Made by a program: the position numbers and the translations under genes
DNA from: Candidatus Omnitrophota bacterium
GTDB taxonomy: Bacteria > Omnitrophota > Gorgyraeia > Gygaellales > Profunditerraquicolaceae
Direction of reading: 5' to 3'
DNA: 64,000 nt
Assembly (NCBI GenBank): GCA_050012075.1
Contig: JBEKHW010000004.1
Coordinates: 8,864-72,863 of the forward strand
In this document: positions 58,270-64,000 of the stretch, one piece after another
How positions within the stretch are numbered: the first letter of the stretch is position 1
Layout of the letters: each line of letters begins with the position of its first letter
The notes under the pieces: model-generated
What the model was told of the DNA's origin: nothing
Seen by the model: the letters and a program-made list of their open reading frames with translations, nothing else
The model's database searches: none

Positions 58270-59286
58270 ATGATTATTGTCCTCAGGCCTGAAGCGACAG
58301 AAGAACAGATAAATCATATTATCGATAAGGTAAAGAAGATAGGGCTTACTCCCCATGTGTCTAAAGGCACTGAGCGGACCATTATCGGGGTCATTGGGCC
58401 GGAAGACGTGCTGCGGGTGACACCCCTCGAGGTATTTCCCGGAGTAGAAAAAGTAATGCCGGTTCTGGCACCCTACAAATTAGTTTCCCGGGAATTCAGG
58501 CAACAGGGCTCGATAGTCGATCTGGGTAAAGGCATCAAGATCGGCGGAAAGAAAATTGTGGTCATGGCCGGACCATGCGCGATAGAGAATCCGGATACGC
58601 TTCGCGCCATAGCAAAAGAGATTAAGAAAGCAGGTGCCACGGTACTACGCGGAGGAGCCTTCAAGCCGCGGACGTCTCCTTACAGTTTTCAGGGTTTAGG
58701 AGAAGAAGGCCTGAAATATTTAAAAGAGGTAGGAGATGATTTGGGGTTGGCCACGGTAACCGAAGTCATGGATACGCGCGATGTTGAACTGGTAGTCAAA
58801 TACGCTGATGTCCTGCAGATCGGCGCGCGCAATATGCAGAATTTTAGTCTTCTGAAAGAAGTTGGAATGACAAAAAAGACGGTGGTATTAAAACGCGGAC
58901 TTTCTTCTACGGTAAAAGAACTGTTGATGTCCGCTGAATACATCCTTTCCGGAGGCAATTTCAACGTTATCCTCTGTGAACGCGGGATAAGGACTTTTGA
59001 GGATTTTACCCGTAACACCCTTGATGTCAGCGCCGTGCCGGTAGTAAAGCAGCTTTCGCATTTGCCAATCATAGTCGATCCTTCGCATGCAGCCGGGAAG
59101 TGGGGATTGGTTGCGCCATTATCTAAAGCATCGGTTGCCTGTGGCGCAGATGGGTTAATCATTGAAGTGCACAATAGCCCGGAAGACGCGCTTTCAGACG
59201 GTGCCCAGTCGCTTAAACCGGAAAACTTTGCTCAACTGATGCGCGATTTAAATACCTTAACGCAGGCAATAGGCAGGGAAATATAA
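58270..59286 (+). CDS. 3-deoxy-7-phosphoheptulonate (DAHP) synthase, type I-beta with an N-terminal regulatory domain
   Basis: KDO8P/DAHP synthase core ([22 protein letters not shown]) preceded by a ~75-aa ferredoxin-like N-extension. Confidence 0.8.
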   Translation: MIIVLRPEATEEQINHIIDKVKKIGLTPHVSKGTERTIIGVIGPEDVLRVTPLEVFPGVEKVMPVLAPYKLVSREFRQQGSIVDLGKGIKIGGKKIVVMAGPCAIENPDTLRAIAKEIKKAGATVLRGGAFKPRTSPYSFQGLGEEGLKYLKEVGDDLGLATVTEVMDTRDVELVVKYADVLQIGARNMQNFSLLKEVGMTKKTVVLKRGLSSTVKELLMSAEYILSGGNFNVILCERGIRTFEDFTRNTLDVSAVPVVKQLSHLPIIVDPSHAAGKWGLVAPLSKASVACGADGLIIEVHNSPEDALSDGAQSLKPENFAQLMRDLNTLTQAIGREI

Positions 59287-60116
59287 TGAAGCTGTTTAAT
59301 AAAGTAATAATTGTCGGGACAGGATTAATCGGTGGTTCTCTTGCCATGGCGATGAAGAAGTATAATATTGCCGGCGAAATTGTCGGCATGGGCCGGCATA
59401 AGAAGAATCTCCTGTTGGCAAAGAATATAGGAGCGATAGATTCATTTTCAGAGGACCTCTCGGTGGTAAAAGATGCGGACCTGGTGGTACTGGCAACGCC
59501 TGTGCATATGATTATGAACTTAGGCCGTAAGGTCTCTACCCGCATAAAAAAAGGCTGCATAGTTACTGATGTCGGCAGCACTAAGAAAGAAATAGTCGGG
59601 CTTTTAGAAAGAATAATCCCTGATTATGTCGGCAGTCATCCTCTCGCCGGTTCAGAAAAAAGAAGTATTGCCTATGCAGAACCCGGCATATTTAAGGATT
59701 CACTTTGCATTATTACTCCTACTAAAAAGACAAGCCGTCAGGCGTTAAAGAAGATAGGGAAATTATGGAAAAGGGTGGGTGCCAATGTTGTATTAACCCA
59801 ACCACCCCTTCACGATAAAATTCTGGCATTCACGAGCCATCTCCCTCATGCCCTGGCATTCGCTTTAATTGATAGCGTGCCGCAGGATTACATCAAGTTT
59901 GCTTCAGGGGGGCTCAAAGATACGACCCGTATCGCTGGTTCTGACAGCGAGCTCTGGACGGATATATTCTTAAGTAATTCGCAGAATTTAACTAATTCCC
60001 TGGATAAATTCCAGGAAAAATTATCGGCTTTAAAGCTAGCCATAGGCAAAAAGGACAGGCGCAGGCTGTTTTCTATCCTTAAGAAAGCAAAGGGGAAGAG
60101 AGACGGATTTAAATGA
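59286..60116 (+). CDS. tyrA: Prephenate dehydrogenase
   Basis: Rossmann IVGTGLIGGS, followed by the catalytic GSHPLAG. Confidence 0.75.
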   Translation: MKLFNKVIIVGTGLIGGSLAMAMKKYNIAGEIVGMGRHKKNLLLAKNIGAIDSFSEDLSVVKDADLVVLATPVHMIMNLGRKVSTRIKKGCIVTDVGSTKKEIVGLLERIIPDYVGSHPLAGSEKRSIAYAEPGIFKDSLCIITPTKKTSRQALKKIGKLWKRVGANVVLTQPPLHDKILAFTSHLPHALAFALIDSVPQDYIKFASGGLKDTTRIAGSDSELWTDIFLSNSQNLTNSLDKFQEKLSALKLAIGKKDRRRLFSILKKAKGKRDGFK

Positions 60117-60808
60117 TTATCGCTATTGACGGGCCTGCAGGCGCAGGAAAGAGCACTATCGCAAAGAAGGTAGCCTGGAAACTGGGCTTTCTTTATATTG
60201 ATACGGGTGCCATGTACAGGGCGCTTGCTTTAAAGGCTATAAAAGAAAATGTTGATATCGCTAGTACCCATAAAATAATCAGTATGACTGCAAGGGCCAC
60301 TATTAATTTAATCAATGACCCGGACGGCACTCTCCAGGTGATGCTTGACGGAAAAGATGTAGGAAGCCAAATACGGCAGCCGGCAATAACCAAAGTCGTT
60401 TCAGATATAGCAAAAATAAAGGAAGTGCGCCAGGTCATGGTGGGCCTGCAGAGAGAGCTGGGGAAGCGCGGCAATAGTGTCCTGGATGGGCGCGATATAG
60501 GCACAGTGGTTTTTCCCAATGCCGAGAAGAAGTTTTACCTGGATGCTGATTTTGCTGAGCGCAGCCGCAGGCGTTATAAGGAGTTGATTGAGGCAGGCCA
60601 GCAGGTGACGCTGGAAAGTGTACAAGCTGATGTAAAGAATCGCGATAATATTGATTCTACGCGCGAGGTAGGGCCATTAAAGCAGGCAGAAGACGCGATT
60701 TATATAGATAGTACTAATATGAGTATTGAGGAAGTAGTTGAAACAGTATTAAGGCACATCAAGTCACCAAGTCACAATGTCACCAAGTCACAGGAAAAAA
60801 CTTTGTGA
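60113..60808 (+). CDS. cmk: Cytidylate kinase (C-terminal 17 codons encoded by a Family-B repeat)
   Basis: IIAIDGPAGAGKST P-loop with NMP-binding and LID regions. The tail HIKSPSHNVTKSQEKTL overlaps the repeat. Confidence 0.85.
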   Translation: MIIAIDGPAGAGKSTIAKKVAWKLGFLYIDTGAMYRALALKAIKENVDIASTHKIISMTARATINLINDPDGTLQVMLDGKDVGSQIRQPAITKVVSDIAKIKEVRQVMVGLQRELGKRGNSVLDGRDIGTVVFPNAEKKFYLDADFAERSRRRYKELIEAGQQVTLESVQADVKNRDNIDSTREVGPLKQAEDAIYIDSTNMSIEEVVETVLRHIKSPSHNVTKSQEKTL

Positions 60809-60838
60809 CTTTGTGGCTTGGTGTACTTTGTGACCCTC
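60758..60838 (+). repeat. Family-B palindromic element, large copy: 4x (A)AGTCAC units, GAAAAAA, 4x inverted units
   Basis: CAAGTCACCAAGTCACAATGTCACCAAGTCACAG...CTTTGTGACTTTGTGGCTTGGTGTACTTTGTGAC, read directly. Confidence 0.6.
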
Positions 60839-60842
60839 CATA

Positions 60843-62636
60843 ATGGATAAATCGTTAATCAGGAATTTCAGCATTATCGCTCACATAGACCATGGTAAAT
60901 CGACCCTGGCCGACAGGATACTGGAATTGACCGGTGCCGTGGACATGAGGCATAAAGGCGAGCAGCTCTTAGACGATATGGACCTGGAAAAAGAGCGCGG
61001 GATTACCATAAAGGCCTCTATGGTCCGCCTCTCGTATACCGCCTCCGACGGTAAGACCTATATCCTAAATCTTATAGATACTCCCGGCCACGTTGATTTT
61101 ACCTATGAGGTATCTAAGTCCCTTGCTGCCGGGGAAGGCGCAGTACTCGTGGTAGATGCCGGACAGGGGATAGAGGCACAAACAGTGGCAAATTATTACC
61201 TGGCTATGGAGAATAATCTGCAGGTAGTCCCGGTTATCAACAAAATAGACCTGTCAAGTGCCGATATCCCGAGAGTAAAGAGGCAGATTGAATCGGTGCT
61301 GGGATTTAAAGAAGAAGAGATAGTTCTTGCATCGGCAAAAGAAGGCAGGGGTATTCAGGATATATTAGAAAGTATTATCAGGGTGGTGCCTCCACCCGGA
61401 GGGGAATCAACTCATCCTTTGAAGGCATTGGTTTTTGACTGCCGTTTTGATTCTTACCGGGGAGTGGTTGTTTTTGTCAGGGTATTCGACGGTCAAATCA
61501 CAATGGACACTCAGCTTAAAATGATGCACTCAGGCACAGTTTATAAAATTGAAGAATTAGGGGTGCTGGAGAACCTGAAATATACAAAAGTAAATGCCCT
61601 TACCTGCGGTGAAGTAGGATATTTCATGGCAAATATAAGGGATGCGCGGGAGATTATTATCGGAGATACCATAACCGATAACAGGAATCCGTGCGAGAAG
61701 CCCATGGCCGGTTACCGCACCCTTAAGCCGCTGGTATTTTGCGGTATATACCCTGTGAATGCCGCTGATTTCACGGAATTGCGCACGGCTATGGATAAAA
61801 TGAAGCTTTCCGACGCCTCTTTTGTATTTGAGCCGGAAAATTCGCAGTCCTTCGGCTTTGGTTTCCGCTGCGGATTCTTGGGGCTGTTGCATATGGAGAT
61901 AGTGCAGGAACGCCTGGAACGGGAATATAATCTCAATTTGATTCTTACTGTCCCTAACGTCGTATACAAAGTAAAGAAGGTTGGCGGAGAAGTTATCGAA
62001 ATTGATACACCGGCAAAATTCCAGCCGCAGGATGTAGAAGAGGCATATGAGCCCTACGTGAGCCTGCTTATGATTGTCCCTGTTGATACGATTGAACCGG
62101 TATGCGAATTAGCAAAGTCGCGCCGCGGCACATTCCGTTCCAATGAATATTTAGGGGAAGACAGGGTGAAGCTCGTTTTTGAAATTCCGCTTTCAGAAAT
62201 TATCGTTGATTTTTACGACCGGATGAAATCTCTCACAAAGGGGTACGGCTCCCTGGATTACGAATTCAAGGATTACCTCCCCACGAGATTAGTGAAACTG
62301 GATATTATGTTAAACGGAGTCGTATGTGATGCGTTTTCTTCGCTCATACATAAAGACAAGGCAGCGTATAAAGCAAATGCCCTGGTAGATAAATTGAAAG
62401 AACTTATCCCCAGGCAGGTTTTTGAAGTTGTCATCCAGGCAGCTATAGGCAGCCAGGTTATAGCTTCGGCAAAGGTCCGCGCCCTGGCCAAACACGTTAC
62501 CGCAAAATGCTACGGCGGTGATATCACGCGTAAACGTAAACTCTGGGAGAAGCAGAAAGAGGGCAAGAAGCGGCTGAAGCAATTCGGTAGGGTCGAAATC
62601 CCCCAGGAGGCGTTTTTGGAGGTATTGAGGATATGA
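60843..62636 (+). CDS. lepA: Elongation factor 4 (LepA)
   Basis: NFSIIAHIDHGKSTL, DTPGHVDF, NKID and the LepA-specific C-terminal domain. Confidence 0.95.
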   Translation: MDKSLIRNFSIIAHIDHGKSTLADRILELTGAVDMRHKGEQLLDDMDLEKERGITIKASMVRLSYTASDGKTYILNLIDTPGHVDFTYEVSKSLAAGEGAVLVVDAGQGIEAQTVANYYLAMENNLQVVPVINKIDLSSADIPRVKRQIESVLGFKEEEIVLASAKEGRGIQDILESIIRVVPPPGGESTHPLKALVFDCRFDSYRGVVVFVRVFDGQITMDTQLKMMHSGTVYKIEELGVLENLKYTKVNALTCGEVGYFMANIRDAREIIIGDTITDNRNPCEKPMAGYRTLKPLVFCGIYPVNAADFTELRTAMDKMKLSDASFVFEPENSQSFGFGFRCGFLGLLHMEIVQERLEREYNLNLILTVPNVVYKVKKVGGEVIEIDTPAKFQPQDVEEAYEPYVSLLMIVPVDTIEPVCELAKSRRGTFRSNEYLGEDRVKLVFEIPLSEIIVDFYDRMKSLTKGYGSLDYEFKDYLPTRLVKLDIMLNGVVCDAFSSLIHKDKAAYKANALVDKLKELIPRQVFEVVIQAAIGSQVIASAKVRALAKHVTAKCYGGDITRKRKLWEKQKEGKKRLKQFGRVEIPQEAFLEVLRI

Positions 62637-63232
62637 AGTTTAAACTGCAGCAATTGGAAAAATTAAGGACAAAATTCGTAAGGGACTGGGTTGAGCCATT
62701 TCTGGTAGCCGCATTCTTTGCCCTTTGTATCATAAGGCCCTTTATTGTAGAGGCATACAAGATTCCCACGGGTTCCATGCGGCCTACGCTTCTTGAGGGA
62801 GATTTGATTTTTGTGAATAAGTTTATCCATGGTGCGCGCATACCTTTTACCTTCGTAAGGCTACCCGCCTTAAGGAAACCGGTGCGCGGAGAAGTAATTG
62901 TCTTTAAGTATCCTGTGGACCCCTCCAAAAACTATATAAAAAGATTGGTGGGTTTTCCGGGCGAGACAGTCGAGATTAAAAACTACACAATATACATCGA
63001 TGGCAGGCCGTTGACAGACCCTCCCTTCGGGGAGCGCGCCTACTATAACCGCGGCAGTTACGGCGCAGAAGGAGTAAAAATCACCGTCCCCAAAGACAGC
63101 TACTTTGTATTAGGCGACAATTCCGCTTCATCGCTTGACAGCCGTTTCTGGGGTTTTGTGCCGTATAAGTATCTGCAGGGAGGGGCGATGGTTATCTGGT
63201 GGCCATTGAGTAGGATTAGGATAATCAGGTGA
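62633..63232 (+). CDS. lepB: Signal peptidase I
   Basis: S26 catalytic Ser (IPTGSMRPTL) and Lys (YIKRLVGFPGE), plus GDN.S.DSR. Confidence 0.85.
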   Translation: MKFKLQQLEKLRTKFVRDWVEPFLVAAFFALCIIRPFIVEAYKIPTGSMRPTLLEGDLIFVNKFIHGARIPFTFVRLPALRKPVRGEVIVFKYPVDPSKNYIKRLVGFPGETVEIKNYTIYIDGRPLTDPPFGERAYYNRGSYGAEGVKITVPKDSYFVLGDNSASSLDSRFWGFVPYKYLQGGAMVIWWPLSRIRIIR

Positions 63233-63233
63233 A

Positions 63234-63311
63234 CCCCGCACCTTCTTTAAATTCACTACATAAGAAGGCGGGGTATAAATGAACTGTTTGACTAAAGGAG
63301 AAGGTGCGGGG
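63234..63311 (+). promoter_or_regulatory. Alternative-pairing stem-loop: CCCCGCACCTTCT can pair either with AGAAGGCGGGG (63263-63273) or with AGAAGGTGCGGGG (63299-63311), which contains the pgsA SD and start codon
   Basis: Three segments read directly. The distal arm overlaps [13 protein letters not shown] and the GTG start at 63311. Confidence 0.45.
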
Positions 63312-63874
63312 TGAATATTGCCAATAAGATTTCAACCTTCCGTATTTTAAGCGTTCCTTTCTTCGTTGCCTGCCTCATTTATTATTCTCCCGAAAGAGCC
63401 TATCTTAGGTTTGCTGCACTTGGTATCTTTATATTAGGTATTATCTCGGATGCTGTAGACGGCTACATAGCGCGAAGGGCAAAACAACAGTCCCGCGCCG
63501 GGCTAATACTGGATCCACTGGGAGATAAACTATTACTGATGAGCGCATTTATATTTCTTTCCGGGATAAGTAAGATCCGCCCGGACTTTCCAGTCTGGGT
63601 AACACTTGTCGTAATCAGCAGGGATATGATCATACTTTTGGGGACTCTGGTAATTTATCTGGTAAAACAGAATCTGGATATTTATCCTACGAGATGGGGA
63701 AAGCTCACTACTACCTTCCAAATGGCAGCGGTTGCGAGCGTGCTTATACAGCTGTCTTTTTCATTCGTATTCTGGTGGCTGGCAGTGGTTCTTACCCTTA
63801 TTTCGGGATTTGATTATACAATGAGAGGGTTTAAAATACTTTATGGCGCGGATAATCACAGGAATAATATTTAG
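63311..63874 (+). CDS. pgsA: CDP-alcohol phosphatidyltransferase (phosphatidylglycerophosphate synthase PgsA-like)
   Basis: D.VDG.IAR...G...D.L.D motif ([10 protein letters not shown]...LDPLGDK). GTG start. Confidence 0.8.
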   Translation: MNIANKISTFRILSVPFFVACLIYYSPERAYLRFAALGIFILGIISDAVDGYIARRAKQQSRAGLILDPLGDKLLLMSAFIFLSGISKIRPDFPVWVTLVVISRDMIILLGTLVIYLVKQNLDIYPTRWGKLTTTFQMAAVASVLIQLSFSFVFWWLAVVLTLISGFDYTMRGFKILYGADNHRNNI

Positions 63875-64000
63875 TTACCTGATTGGTTCGATACCTACCG
63901 CGTATATCTTTGGCAGGGCGTTAAAGGGAATTGATATACGCGATTTCGGCTCAGGCAATATGGGGGCTACCAATGCGTTACGGGTATTGGGTAAGAAAGC
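63843..64000 (+). CDS. plsY: Glycerol-3-phosphate acyltransferase PlsY (5' part; continues beyond the window)
   Basis: [52 protein letters not shown] is the typical PlsY N-terminus. Overlaps the pgsA end in another frame. Confidence 0.7.
   Translation, partial: MARIITGIIFSYLIGSIPTAYIFGRALKGIDIRDFGSGNMGATNALRVLGKK

Noticed and set aside
1-64000. CRISPR arrays, IS elements, integrases, prophage or toxin-antitoxin modules
   Set aside because: I looked for regularly spaced direct repeats, transposase or integrase-like ORFs and small paired ORFs. None were found. The only repeats are the short palindromic families and the duplicated leader described above.

Overview
This is a 64 kb chromosomal window from an AT-leaning bacterium (my estimate is roughly 40-45% GC). 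All 60+ supported genes lie on the + strand, and the minus-strand ORFs in the track look spurious. TolC, LptD, lipid-A-type sugar genes, an HrcA/CIRCE heat-shock system and a superoxide reductase suggest a diderm anaerobe, possibly a candidate-phylum organism.

Gene content, in order:
- an ECF Ni/Co importer (cbiM, a PDGLE-domain gene, cbiQ, and cbiO with a His-rich tail)
- an AbrB-like gene followed by TolC, MacA and MacB efflux genes
- an MFS transporter
- a NodB-family deacetylase next to an ArnT/PMT-like GT-C glycosyltransferase
- an orphan MEDS-PAS-GAF histidine kinase
- a TRAM-less MiaB-family radical-SAM enzyme, a TPR/SPOR protein and miaA
- hflX
- a GT4-like glycosyltransferase
- a MerR-like regulator followed by CIRCE, hrcA, grpE, dnaK and dnaJ
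- accD
- a UgpC-like ABC ATPase
- two tandem GGDEF cyclases
- a ROK kinase and a transaldolase
- lptD
- a UDP-sugar cluster of four genes (ugd, a UDP-HexNAc dehydrogenase, an epimerase, and a UDP-GlcA decarboxylase)
- cvpA, a Nif3-family gene, dnaG and rpoD
- a GGDEF/HD-GYP protein with a CheY-AraC regulator
- an oxidative-stress cluster (DUF2934, superoxide reductase, ferredoxin, a PNPOx-like protein)
- tRNA-Met and tRNA-Val
- a COG1579 Zn-ribbon gene plus rnhA
- RNase P RNA
- yebC, ruvC, ruvA and scpB
- pheA, hisC, a DAHP synthase and tyrA
- cmk, lepA, lepB, pgsA and the start of plsY

The most interesting signals are all non-coding:
1. A structured RNA element of about 150-175 nt is duplicated at about 90% identity in the 5' leaders of the DUF2934 gene and the superoxide reductase gene, each downstream of a sigma70-like promoter. 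It carries an anti-SD-like CCCUCC stretch. The three substitutions it shows are all non-synonymous on the overlapping minus-strand ORFs. I read this as a candidate novel cis-regulatory RNA or riboswitch for oxidative-stress genes.
2. Two families of tandem-inverted short palindromic repeat elements occur in the window. Family A (unit AGTTCATAGT) flanks dnaJ and is also inserted inside the RNase P RNA gene. Family B (unit AAGTCAC) sits at cmk/lepA and at rnpB/yebC.
3. A GC-rich, multi-hairpin region of about 400 nt between miaA and hflX may be a structured ncRNA.
4. Two loci carry the same 13-bp GC stem (CCCCGCACCTT), one of them overlapping the SD and start codon of pgsA.
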